64,000 nt of DNA, taken from Mobula hypostoma. Lineage: Eukaryota. Location: NCBI RefSeq assembly GCF_963921235.1, contig NC_086097.1, positions 32,862,001 to 32,926,000 on the forward strand, given 5' to 3'. Both the position numbers and the translations under genes were made by a program. Under the pieces are notes generated by a model. That model was not told where the DNA came from. It saw only the letters and a list, made by a program, of their open reading frames with translations, and did no database searches. The number at the start of each line of letters is the position of its first letter. Within the stretch, counting starts at the first letter, position 1. This document shows, one piece after another, positions 12,117 to 23,559 of the stretch.

Positions 12117-12940
12117 AACACGAGAAAGACTGCAGAGGCTGCAAATCCAAGCAACATACACTCAATGCTGGAGGAACTTAGGTCAGGCAGCATCTATGGA
12201 AAAGAGTAAACAGTCAATGTTTTGGGCTGAGACTATTCATCAGAACTGGTAAAAAAAAATGTGAGAGTTAGAGTAAGAAGGTGTGGGGAGGATTTAGTAC
12301 AAGTTGGTAGGTGCTAGGTGAAACCAGGAGAGGGAGAGTAAAGAACTGGGAATTAAATGGTGAAAGAGATAAAGGGCTGGAGAAGGGGAAATCTGAGAGG
12401 GTAGAACACCATGGAAAGAAGGGAAGGGGGAAGGAGCACCAGAGGGAGGTAATGGGTAGGTAAGGAGATAAAGTGAGAGGGAGAAATGGGAATGGGGAAT
12501 GGTGAAGGGGTCAATTACTGGAAGTTTGAAAAGTCTATGTTTATGCCATCACATTGGAGGCTACCCAGATGGAATACAAGGTGTTGCTTCTCCAACCTGA
12601 GTGTGGCCTCAACGTGGCAGTAGGAGGGCTTAGACTGACATGTCGGAATGGGAATGGGAAGTAGGATTGAAATGAACGGTCTCCAGGAGATCCCATTTTT
12701 TTTTTCTGGTGGACGGAGTGCAGGTGTTCGGCGAAGCAATCTCCCAGCCTACGCCGGGTCTCATCGATATACAGGAGGCCACACCGGGAGCACCACATAT
12801 AGTAGATGACGCCAACAGACTCACAGGTGAAGAGTTGCCTCACCTGAGAGGACTGTTTGGGGCCCTGAATGGTAGTGAGGGGGGTGGTGTAGGGCAGGTG
12901 AGGCACTTGTTCCGCTTGCAAGAAGTACCCGGAGGGAGTT
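12117..12940 (-). mobile_element. Penelope-like element 3' part with GIY-YIG endonuclease remnant
   Basis: FTCESVGVIYYMWCSRCGLLYIDETRRRLGDCFAEH (GIY-YIG with CxxC) and RLEKQHLVFHLGSLQCDGINIDFSNF, followed by a pseudo-LTR with decayed hammerhead. Confidence 0.88.
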
Positions 12941-13074
12941 CAGGAGCCCCTCAGTGGCTTCTCTTTGGTACATTTGTGTGACCTGGTCTGGGTCACATTA
13001 TGAAGACATGAGAGTCAACCCTAGTAAAATTAGACCACTCAGGTTCAGCGCTAATTCCTCTGTGTTAGGAGGTT

Positions 13075-14030
13075 GGTGGTGGTGTTGTTATCGTAGGTTA
13101 CAACAGGACACTGACAGGATGCACACTTGGGCTGAGAAGCGGCAGATAGAGTTAAATCTGGAAAAATGTGAAGAGTTTCACTTTGGAAGGTAGAATTCGA
13201 AGGCAGAATACAGGATTAATGGCGGGATTCCTAGCACTGTTGAAGAACAGAGATCTTAAGAGTCCATGTTCATAGATCCCTCAAAGTTTAGTTTTACAGT
13301 GCGGACACAAGCCCTTTCAGCCCAACAACTCACCTATTTAACCCTAGAATTTACAACGACCAATTATCCTACTCTATCCGAAGGAAACCCTCAGCATCTT
13401 ATAAGGTTGTAAGAAGGCGTAGAGTGTGGTGGCCTGCATCAGTCAAGGGATTGAGCTCTGGAGTTGCAATGTTATATCACAGCTTAATAAAACCCTTGCC
13501 TGGCCACTCTTGGAATACTGTGCTTAGTTCTGCTCGCCTCATTATAGGAAAGAAGCTTCAGAAAGGGTGCAGAGGAAATTTACCAGGCTGCTGCCTCGAC
13601 TAGAGAGCATGTCTTGTGAGGAAAGGTTAAGCGAGCTAGGGCTTTTCTCTTTGGAGCAAAGGAGGTTGAGAGATGTCTTGATAGACATACAAGATGAGGC
13701 AGCACAGATCAAGTGGATAGTCAGATACTTTTTCCCCAGGGTGGAAATGTGAAATACGAGAGGGCATACCTTTACGATGTTTGGGGGAAGAGTACAGGGA
13801 ATTAGTTTTTAAAGAACAAAACAGTGGTTGGTACATGGAATGTGCTGCCAGGGCTCAGCACCCAGGCAAGTACATTAGTGACATTTAAGAGCCTGAGGTA
13901 GGCACATGGAAAGAAAAATGGAGGTTTATAAGGGAGGGAGGAGTGAGATTGATCTCGGAGTCGGTTAAAGAGTCAGCACAATATTGTGGGCTGAAGAGTC
14001 TATACTGTGTAGTGTTCTACGTTCTACATG
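13075..14030 (+). mobile_element. CR1 LINE 3' fragment
   Basis: QRKFTRLLPRLESMSCEERLSELGLFSLEQRRLR; CR1 tail. Confidence 0.82.
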
Positions 14031-14196
14031 GCTCAACACAGATCTGCAACAGACCTGAATTTATTCTTCGTCATTTTGATGAGATACATCGAGCCCTGCA
14101 TTGCCAGAACTTCACTCAGATTTCTAGCATCCGTGGTGCTCTGCTGTATTGTTCTGTGCTTCTGCATCACTCCCATCCCTGGGGCTCAAAGGATAC

Positions 14197-14285
14197 TGCA
14201 ATTCCCTGGTGTATCTCTGTATGGCTTCCAGGCGGTCAGGGACAAGCGTGGACAGCTGAAATGTAGGCACACATGGTATCGGAAT
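14197..14285 (-). CDS. VASH1: Vasohibin-1 coding exon 2 (89 nt)
   Basis: Acceptor TTTCAG|; encodes IPIPCVPTFQLSTLVPDRLEAIQRYTRELQ; donor CA|GTATCCTTT (U12-type). Confidence 0.95.
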
Positions 14286-14834
14286 CTGAAAGCACAGGAA
14301 ATGTACAAAATTAAGTTCAGTTATACACAACCATCCAAAGAGTCTGCAGTGGGGAAGTGGATGAGCTGGTACACTCATTAAATGGGGCTGTTTAGCCTTG
14401 GGGGCAAAAATAAAAGGATATGAAGACAGAAACAATGAGCTTAATTTTGGGAATGTATAACAGGCTGCAGGACCATGATTCCTTTAATAACCTCACCAAC
14501 ACAACTTTCATCCTCACTACAACCATCAGATTTTCTCCTGCACGGTAAACTGAGAAGTACCCCTTCGTTTATAAACTGGAACAGCAGAAATCTCCACTGC
14601 CATCCTGTCCCTCTCAGCCTCCTTGCAGATGTTCCACTTGCTGTTGTCAGAGTTGTACGGCACAGGAGCAGGCCAGTCAATCCACCATGCTTTTGCTCAT
14701 GTTACTGCCCATCAACACCAATCCCATTCCAGCATATTAGCTCCTTATTCTTTTGTGACTTGACTATTTAATTGCTTGTCTAAATGTCTCCCAAGCATAG
14801 TGGCCAAGGGGTACTACTCTGACTAGAAGTCTTG

Positions 14835-15525
14835 GGAACACTCATGTATGAATTGCAAAAGGTTGGCTTGCAGATGCAACTGGTTATCAAGGCAAATGGA
14901 ACAACGACCTTCATTGCTAGAGGGATTAAATTTGAAGTACAGGGAGATAATGCTTCATGTACAGGGTACGGGTGAGGTTGGATCTCGCATACTGTATGCA
15001 GGTCTGATCCCCTTCCTTCAGGAAAGATATAACTACTTTGGAGGCTGCGCAGAGGAGATTCACCGGGTTGACTCTGGAGATGAATGGTTAGCCAACGAGG
15101 AGAGACTGAATCACCAGGGGGACTACAGTCAATGGAATTCAGAAGGAGAAGACCTTATGGAAACAAAATTATGAAAGGAAAAGGCAAGGAAGTTGTTTCT
15201 ACTGATAAGGGAGACTAGAACTAGGGGACATAACCTCAAGACTCAAGGGAAAAAAATTGAGGACAGAGATGAGGAGAAATTGCTTTTCCCAGAGAGTGGT
15301 AAATCTGTGGAATTCTCTGCCCAGGGAAGCAGTACAGGCTATTTCATTAAATATATTTATGACATGGTTACAACGATTTTTGCACAGCAGGGAAATTAAG
15401 GGTAATGGGGAAAAGTCAGGTGGGTGGAGTTAAGTCCACAGCCAGACCAGCCATGATCTTATTCAACAGCAGAGCAGTCTCGACGAGCCAAACGAAAGAC
15501 TCCTGCTCCTAGTTGTTGTGTTCTT
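14835..15525 (+). mobile_element. CR1 LINE 3' fragment
   Basis: Degenerate RT C-terminus (ETRTRGHNLK) and CR1 3' UTR. Confidence 0.8.
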
Positions 15526-16208
15526 TGCATCAGGCAAATGGTTATACTGACGGCCCAGTCTTTCACAAACATTAATCTCATCAGATCCCCTCCCACCTCC
15601 TACCAGGAAATTGAAACCTGTTCCCCCAGCTTTCAGGGAATGGTTCCCATGACTTATCCCTTTTGTGCCCCTCTGTTATGACCCCCTCAGCCTCCTCTGC
15701 ACCATGGAAAACAAACTCAACCTCTCCAGTCTCCTTTTAACTGAAAAGCCTCAGAACCCCCTCCAGTTCAAACATGTCCCTTCAATTATGTGGTGACCAG
15801 AACTGTACCCAGTACTCTGGCTGTGGTCGCAGCAAAGTTGTATCATAATTTCTGTGCTCTTTATATACACGCCTGGGTAAATGAAGTATATGACACGCCT
15901 TCTTAAATACTTGACCTTCTTGTGTTGACACCTTCAGATCTCTGCACGTGTCCACTGAGGTCCCTCTGGTCCTCAATGCTCCCTGAGCTCCATTGCTCGT
16001 TGTACATGTCACATCCCTGCTTATCCTCCTTATATCTACATCTTATAGTCAAACCCTGGGACCTGACCTGATGCATCCTGATGCCAAGCCCACATGACCT
16101 GTGACCCCACCCCCCCATCCCGTAAGGACCATTATCCTTGCGTGGTTCTACGCACTCCCTAGCTCTCTTCCTGATCCATGTCTGCAATGCTTTGGAATTC
16201 TCTTTCCA

Positions 16209-16450
16209 GCACGGCAGCGTAGCAGTTAGCCTAATGCTACCATGGTACCAGTGACCTGTGTTCAATTCCCGGTGCCATCTCTGAGTTTGTACATTTTCCC
16301 CATAACATAGTGGGATTTGTGGGTGCTCCGGTTTCCTCCCACAGTCCAAAAGTGCATGGGTTACTGGGTTAATAGGTCACATGAGTGTGTCGAGACACAG
16401 TAGGCTTGTTGGGCGAATGAACCTGTTAGCATGCTGCATCTCTAAATAAA
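16209..16450 (+). mobile_element. V-SINE-type tRNA SINE inside an old minus-strand CR1
   Basis: A/B boxes and GGGTGCTCCGGTTTCCTCCCACAGTCCAAA domain; A-rich tail. Confidence 0.78.
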
Positions 16451-17394
16451 AAAATTAAATTCCATCTGCCCTTGCCCTCCAAGTCTTCCATCTGATCAGT
16501 ATCATTCTCCAACTCAGGCGAACTTTATGACTTTTAATAAGGCTTGTGACACCTGCGAACATACTCATCACACTTCCTATGTTCGTATCCTGTTAACGTG
16601 GAAAAACAAACAGCAGGGGACTCAGCACCGATCCCTGCACAATACCTCTGGTCACAAGCTTCCCAGCACAAATACGACACTCCACCACCTTTCTCCACCT
16701 GCATTAAGCTGATTGTGGATCTGTCTGAACCAGTTTCAATCTGACATCTTATTGAAGGTCTTACTGAAGTGCATGTGGACTATGTCAATGATGCAGTGCT
16801 CACTTCTTCATCTCCTTGAAGAGTTGATCTAATTGAACAGAGTTGACTTCCTCTTAACGATGCCACGCCAGTTACTGATGCTTAACTCCTGCCATTAGGA
16901 GTGCAAATTCATTTTTCTTTTCTTGTCATGTGGCCAGAGAAGATTTTTATATTTTCCCAGCAATCTTCTCCCTCATCTCCCATAGCAGTCAAGGTTCATA
17001 GAATGTTATAGCACAATACAAGCCCCTCAGCCCAAAATGATGTGCCAATCTTTTAACTTGCTTGAAGATCACTTCCCTCCTAATAGGCACATGGATGACA
17101 GAAAAAAAAAATAGAAGGCTAATCAAGAGTTTCTTAAATATCCCTAATGTACTTGCCTCTACCACCATCCACATACCTGTAAAAATAAAACCTCTCACAT
17201 CCCCCCATGCCTTCCTCCAATGACATCAAAATTACACCCTGGTATAAGCTATTTCCACCCTGGGAAAAAGAACAGTAGCTATCCACTCAATCTATGTCTC
17301 TATCAAATCATCTCTCATCTTCCTTCACCCAAGTTCATGTAATCCTTCCTCATAAGAAATTCTCTCTAATCCAGGCAGCACCCTGGTAAATTCT

Positions 17395-18455
17395 GGGGTC
17401 TTTTCTGCTTGGCTGCTGGTGACTAGTGGTGTTCCACAGGGGTCTGTGTTGGGACTGCTTCTTTTCACATTACATGTCAATGATTTGGATGAGAAAACTG
17501 ATGGCTTTGTGGCCAGGTTTGCAGACAATATGAAGATAGGTGAAGGGACAGGTAGTATTGAAGCAGGGAATCTGCAGAAGAACTTAAACAGATTAGGAGA
17601 ATGGGCAGAAGTGGCTGATGGAATGCAACATAGGGAGGTGCATGGTCATGCAATTTGGTAGAAATGATAAAGGTGTAGACTTTTCTAAACTGGGAGAAAA
17701 CATCAGAAATCAGAGGTGAAAAACAACTTGGGCAGGATTGCTGAAAGATTAAATTGCAGGTTGAGTCAGTGGTAAGGAAGGCAAATGCAATGTTAGCATT
17801 CGTTTCGAGAGGACTAGAATATACAAACAAAGGATGTAATGCTGAGGCTTTATAAAGCATTGGTCAGACTGCTCCTGGAGTATCGTGACCAACTTTGGGC
17901 CTCTTACCTGAGAAAAGACATGCTGACTTTGGAGAGGGTCCAGAGAAGGTTCACAAGAATGACTCCAGGAATGAAAGGGTTTACATATGAGGAACATTTG
18001 ATGGCTCTGGGCCTACTCTCATTGGAGTTTAGAAGAATTTGGGGGGGGGGTGCGGGAAGAGAAAGATAAAGGAAATTTCATTGAAATCTATCCAATATTG
18101 AAATACCTAGATAGACTGGATGTGGAGAGGATGTTTACAAAAGTGAGGGAGTCCAGGACCAGAAGGCACAGCCTCAGAATCTAGAGATGTCCCATTAGAA
18201 CAGAGGTGAGGAGGAATTTCTTTAGCCAAAGGGTGGTGAATCTATAGAATTCACATGCCATAGGCAGCTGTGGAGGCCAAGTCATTGGGTGTATTTAAAG
18301 CGAAGATTGATAGTTTCTTGATTAGTAAAAGTATCAAAGATTACAGGGAGAAAGCAGGAAAATGGGGTTGAAGTGGATAATAAATCTGTATTGATAGAAT
18401 AGCAGAGCAAAATCAATGGGCCGAATGGTCCAATGATATTCCTATGTTTTATAGT
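17395..18455 (+). mobile_element. CR1 LINE RT and 3' end
   Basis: TSGVPQGSVLGLLLF...FADN; LYKALVR...LERVQRRFTRM. Confidence 0.9.
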
Positions 18456-19117
18456 TGCTCTTCTGGTGTAATTAGAATTCCATATCCTGGCTACTGTTTA
18501 GAGGCCTACACAACTCCCATCAGGGTCTTTTTAGTCTTGCAGTTTCCTAACTTTACACACAAGGATTCTACATCTTTCAATCCTACATCGCCTCGAAGGA
18601 TTTGATTTTTTTTTTTTTTTTTTTTTAAAATAAAGACAACAGTCACCCACCCTCTCTGCCTACCTGCCTGTCCTTTTGATACAACATGAATCTTTGGACG
18701 TTAAGCTCTCAGCTATGATCTTCTTTCAGCTATGACTCAGTGATGTCCACGATGTCATACCTAGCAATCTCCAACTGCACTACAGGATCATCTACCTTAT
18801 GCTGTATACTACGTGCATTCAAATATAACACCTTCAGACCTGTATTCACCACACTTTTTGATGTTGCCTCGTGTTTGTTACACTTTAATTCATCCTACCG
18901 ACTGCAATTTTGTCCTATCATCTGTCTGTTCTTCCTCACAGTCTCACTACACACTGCATCTAGTTGTATATCAGCTGCCCCAGCCTCAGCCCTTCCTGCC
19001 AGATCACTTTAAACTTTCCCCAGCAACTCTACGAAACCTGCCTGCAAAGATATTGGTCCTTGAACTCTTTTGTAACCAGTCCTTTTTGTACAGGTCATAC
19101 CTTCCCCATCTCCAAGA

Positions 19118-19514
19118 GGACCACAACTTTGTTGAGGTTGGGAGGCTTGCATGCCTCGATGACCTGGAGAGCTATGTTGGCTGGGGTCAGGGCTTTATGC
19201 TTTGGCTCTTGGTAGTCACCTACGCCAAACAGCAGAGGCCAGACCAAGAGTGGTCCATGGGTCCTCCAGGTCTGGGGGTTCAGCTCAGGGATAACGACCC
19301 TGACCAGTAAAACAAAACTGTTACAGAAACAGCGATGAAGAATCCTTCTACATCTGATTGCGATGGTATTCCTGAGTCTTTCACCCGCGACTCGCGTAAC
19401 TGACAGCAGTGAAAACAGAGGAAACGGCTGACATGATGAAGGAAGTCCTGAACACTACCAGAGGAGGAGGACCTTCATTGCTGCCCCAAACTCCAGTTGT
19501 GTAATGGGCAAGAA
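19118..19514 (+). mobile_element. Non-autonomous RTE-derived element (5' UTR joined to 3' end)
   Basis: RTE-type 5' motifs (GAGGCTTGCATGCCTC hairpin, GGTCCTCCAGG...GGGGGTT) fused to an RTE-like 3' end (GGAGGACCTTCATTGCTGCCC); imperfect TSD CATCTCCAAGAG/CATCTTCCAGAG. Confidence 0.6.
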
Positions 19515-19597
19515 CATCTTCCAGAGAAGCGATTCAATGATCCAGAAATCTGAAACCAAGCCCCCACACCATTCCTCAGCCACATATTCATCTAACA

Positions 19598-19678
19598 CAG
19601 GGGTTCCCAACCTTTTTTTATGCCATTGATCAATACCATTAAGCAAGGGATCTGAGGGCCCCAGGTTGGGAACTCCTG
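19598..19678. mobile_element. 81-bp hAT (Charlie-like) MITE
   Basis: TIRs CAGGGGTTCCCAACC / GGTTGGGAACTCCTG; ~8-bp TSD ATCTAACA / ATCTTAACA. Confidence 0.85.
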
Positions 19679-20269
19679 ATCTTAACAGATTATCCTATTC
19701 TTACCCTCAATGGCATGTGGCACAGGCAGCAATCCAAAGATTACTCCCCTGGAGCTCCTGCTTTTCAGCTTTCTACTTAATTCCCTATATTCTCTATTCA
19801 GGACCTCCTCCCTTTTCCCAGTCATGTCCTTGGTATCAATATATTGTACAACTTCTAGCTGCTCACCCTCCCTCTTTAGAATGTTATGGATATGACTTGA
19901 AATATCCCGATGCTGACACCTGGGAAACAAAACTTTTGGGTGTCTCTTTCACATCCACAGAGCCTCCTGTCTGTTCCTCTAACTATAGAATCGCCCATCA
20001 CTACCTCATTCCTCTCCCCCTCCCCCCTTCTTTTCTACACCACAGAGCTAGACTCGGTGCCAGAGACCCGGTAGCTGTCAGTTTCCCGTGGGAGGTCCTC
20101 CCCCTCCCACCTCTCCAAGACTATCCAAATTGATAAACTTATTATTGAGGGGAATGGCCAGAGGAGTACTCTGCACTGGCTGCCTATTCCCTTTCCCTCT
20201 CCCTCTCCTGACCTTCAGGCTACCTGCCTCTTGCAACTCAGGTGACTATCTCCCTATAGCTCCTATTTA

Positions 20270-20585
20270 TTTTTAGCTAGCAGTATAGTGTTGAGTTGGC
20301 CCTTCCAGCCACGCCACCCCAGCAAACCGCAACCCCCCCCCCAAACACACACACACAAACCCAATTAACCCTAACCTAATCATGGGATAATTTACAATGA
20401 CCAATTAATGTACCCAGCACATCTCTCGACTGTGGGAGGGAACTGGAAGACCCAGAGAAAACCCACTCATTCCACGGGGAGGGTGTGCAGAAACTCCTTA
20501 GGCAATAGTGCTGGAATTGAACTCTGGGCTCTGAAGCACCCCAAGCCGTAATAACGTCACGCTTACTGCTACACTACCATGGCGT
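20270..20585 (-). mobile_element. V-SINE-type tRNA SINE
   Basis: Reverse-strand B box GAGTTCAATTCC and central domain; related copy at 59672-59960. Confidence 0.72.
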
Positions 20586-21332
20586 TTACCTATCACCCTG
20601 ATTTTTCCAAAGGAGCCAAAGGTCATCTACTTGCAGCTCTAGTTCCCTAACACTGTAAGGAGCTGCAGCTCGATGTGCCTTGTCCAGATGTAGTTATCAG
20701 TGAGACTAGAGGTCACCCTGAGTTCCCACATCTCATACGAAGAACACACCACTGACACTGCACCCATTCTCACTGCACTGAATACCAAGAAACTTGGAGG
20801 AAACTTAAAACCTTTGCCTTTTCTCAAAGTCTCAAGCCAAAGCCACACCACTCACACTATTGGCCTAACTTTTTATTGGCCTTTGACATGTGCCTAATAG
20901 ACCATGATGACTGAAGGCCACCAAAAGTTCCCAAAACACTCCAGGCTCTTTTAAAATCCCACATTGCCTCTCCAACAAGGAGGGCTCGAGATGACTAAGA
21001 CCACTGAAAAGATTTAGTCATCTTTTACCCCACTTGAGACCTAACATCTCCTGTTTAATTTGTTGTTCCCAGCAGTTTTCTACTTGCATCACCTTACTGA
21101 CTGGTTTCTACCCCATGCTCTTTATTCACCTTCCTCATTCATCCCTCTCCCTTGGCACCGTGGCTTGTCTATCATGGGATGTGGATGCCAGCAATTCCTG
21201 CCCATCCCTAACCAGTGAAAAGTTAATCACTCTACTGGGACAGGAGTCACATACAACCCAGATCAGAAAAGGACAAGCAACACACACAAAATGCTGGTGG
21301 ACTGCAGCAGGCCAGACTGCATCCATAGGAAG

Positions 21333-21374
21333 CAGTCGACGTTTCAGGCCGAGACCCTTCGTCAGGACTAACTG
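21333..21374 (-). ncRNA. Minimal type-I hammerhead ribozyme, intact core
   Basis: CAGTTAGTC-CTGACGA-AGGGTCTCGGCCT-GAAAC-GTC-GACTG: CUGANGA and GAAA boxes, short stem II, stem I TAGTC/GACTG, GUC cleavage triplet, stem III reduced to palindromic ACGT. Confidence 0.78.
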
Positions 21375-21452
21375 AAAGAAGAGATAGTAAGAGATTTGAA
21401 AGGGGGAGGGGGAGATCTGGAATGATAGAAGACAGGAGGGGGAGGGATAGAG

Positions 21453-22216
21453 CAGCGGTTCCCAACCACCAGGCCGCGGACCGGTACCGGGTCGCAAAGC
21501 ATGTGCTACCGGGCTGCAAGGAAACGATACGAGTCAGCTGCACCTTTCCTCATTCCCTGTCATGTACAGTTGAACTTGAAGATAGGTTTGCCAACTGTCC
21601 CGTATTTGCTGGGACATCCCGTATATTGGACTAAATGGGTTTTGTCCCATACGGGACCGCCCTTGTCCCGTATTTCCCCTGCTAAGGTAGGGCATTCCTG
21701 TGAAACCTTTCGTGCCGAAATGGCGTAAAGCAAAGCAATTACCATTAATTTATATGGGAAAAATTTTTGAGCATTCCCAGACCCAAAAAATAACCTACCA
21801 AATAAGACATAAAACCTAAAGTAACACTAACATATAGTAAAAGCAGGAATGATATGATAAATACACAGCCTATATACAGTGCGTACAGTGTAGTCGGGAA
21901 GATTAAGCCAAAAGCCATCTGTGGGGGGGGGGGGGGGAAAAACGGCACATACGCAAGTCACGCATACGCACACGGGTGCCCGCGCAAGGCTTCATGGTCA
22001 TGGTAGTCTTACTCGGGGTAAAGTGTCTCGGGATTTGACTGCTACTTTCGTCCCCTATTTGGGAGTGAGAAAGTTGGCAATCCTAACCGTAAAAGACATG
22101 TTGAGGTGAGTTTAACCCTACTTGAACACCCCCCCCCCACCCCCGGGTCGGCCGGTCCATAAGAATATTGTCAATATTAAACCGGTCCGTGGTGCAAAAA
22201 AGGTTGGGGACCCCTG
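21453..22216. mobile_element. hAT (Charlie-like) non-autonomous DNA transposon
   Basis: TIRs CAGCGGTTCCCAACC / GGTTGGGGACCCCTG; 8-bp TSD GGATAGAG / GGATGGAG. Confidence 0.88.
21583..22085. mobile_element. Internal hAT (Tip100-like) element within the Charlie-like MITE
   Basis: TIRs TAGGTTTGCCAACT / AGTTGGCAATCCTA with subterminal TGTCCCG repeats; no TSD visible. Confidence 0.65.
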
Positions 22217-23559
22217 GGATGGAGCTCAGAGCTGGAAAGTTGATTGGCAAAAGGGATACAAGGCTGGAGAAGGGAGAGGATCATGGGACAGGGGGCCTAG
22301 GGAGAAAGAAAGGGAAGGGGAGCCCAGAGGTTAGATGGAGAGCAGGCAAGGAGTAATTGTGAGAGGGACAGAGAGAGAGAGAGAGAGAGAGGGGAAAAGT
22401 TAAAAATAAATAAATAAGGAATGGGGTGAGAATGGGAGGGGCATTAACTGAAGTTGCGTGGATCTCCCAGTGGCCACACATTTTAATTCCACATCCTATT
22501 TCCATTCTGATGTCTATCCATGGCCTCCTCTACTGTCATGATGAAGCCACACTCAGGTTGGAGGAACAACACCTTATATTCCGTCTGGGTAGCCTCCAAC
22601 CTGATGGCATGAACATTGACTTCTCTAACTTCCATTAATGCCCCTCCTCCCGTTCTCACCCCATCCCTTATTCATTTATTATTTTTTCCGTTTTTTTTCT
22701 CTGTCCCTTTCACAATTACTCTTTGCCTGCTCTCCATCTTCCTCTGGTACTCCCCTCCCCCTTTCTTTTTCCCTAGGCCTCCCGTCCCACGATCCTCTCC
22801 CTTCTCCAGCCTTGTATCCCTTTTTTGCCAATCAACTTTCCAGCTCTCAGCTCCATCCTTCCCCCTTCCTGTCTTCTCCTATCATTTCAGATCTCCCCCT
22901 CCCAAATCTCTTACTATCTCTTCTTTCAGTTAGTCCTACCGAAGGGTCTCGGCCTGAAACGTCGACTGTGCTTCTTCCTATGGATGCAGCCTGGCCTGCT
23001 GCGTTCCACCAGCATTTTGTGTGTGTTGCTTGAATTTCCAGCATCTGCAGATTTCCTCATGTTTGCGTCAGAAAAGGACAGCAGACTTTGCTCTCTGATG
23101 GACATCAGCAAATCAGATGGGTGCTCTCGATAACCTGCTAGTTTTACATTTACCATTACTCAGGTTTAATTTAGCTGAATTTGTTTCCCAACAGCTGTGG
23201 TGGCATTAGAACTCATTTCTGGATCACTGTGCCAGAAACCCAAGCTGTTCGTACAATAACAGAACTCTAAATACCAATCCTCACCAACATTCTTTCTGAC
23301 TACGATACAAATCCTTCATTCTACCTGTGCCATACAGCAACAAACTAATCCCCTGGCAGGTTAATGCTCACTTACCTTTGCACAATGACATTACACCCAC
23401 ACAGATAATTCTTCCTCTTTTAATCCCATCATTCCTTACCTTTCTAAAACTCTTTGGAGGCACTAAACCTCCTTTGTTCAACTCACAGTTGCACCTGCTG
23501 CTCAGTAGATGATATGCTGGACCGTGCCATAAATTTCCATGACCTCTCCCAGATCTCTG

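Larger units (their letters stand above)
9616..14196 (-). other. U12-type (minor spliceosome) GT-AG intron 2 of VASH1
   Basis: 5' site GTATCCTTT (14188-14196); branch motif TTGCTTAAC (9628-9636) followed by 12 nt ending in CAG. Confidence 0.92.
18460..20850 (-). mobile_element. CR1 LINE 5' half (ORF1 zinc finger/esterase and start of APE endonuclease) with three nested insertions
   Basis: VVCSSYEMWE ORF1 N-terminus; esterase region KREEVLNREYRELSRKLKSR...GLLPVP; YLNARSI endonuclease start near 18820. Confidence 0.8.
21276..23067 (+). mobile_element. 5'-truncated Penelope-like element with inverted pseudo-LTRs
   Basis: Perfect 13-bp TSD TCAGAAAAGGACA (21263-21275 / 23068-23080); GIY-YIG C-terminus SIHGLLYCHDEATLRLEEQHLIFRLGSLQPDGMNIDFSNFH*; 21276-22456 (minus the MITE) is the reverse complement of ~22627-23030. 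Confidence 0.92.

Noticed and set aside
12541..12921. Host or bacterial GIY-YIG nuclease gene
   Set aside because: Frameshifted and followed by a pseudo-LTR; it is a Penelope-like remnant.
17395..20850. Single CR1 rearranged by twin-priming inversion
   Set aside because: The plus-strand 3' tail abuts the truncated minus-strand 5' half, and I found no shared TSD; independent insertions or a later rearrangement are equally likely.
22927..22968. Active hammerhead in the plus-strand pLTR
   Set aside because: The core box reads CTACCGA instead of CTGANGA, so it is predicted inactive.
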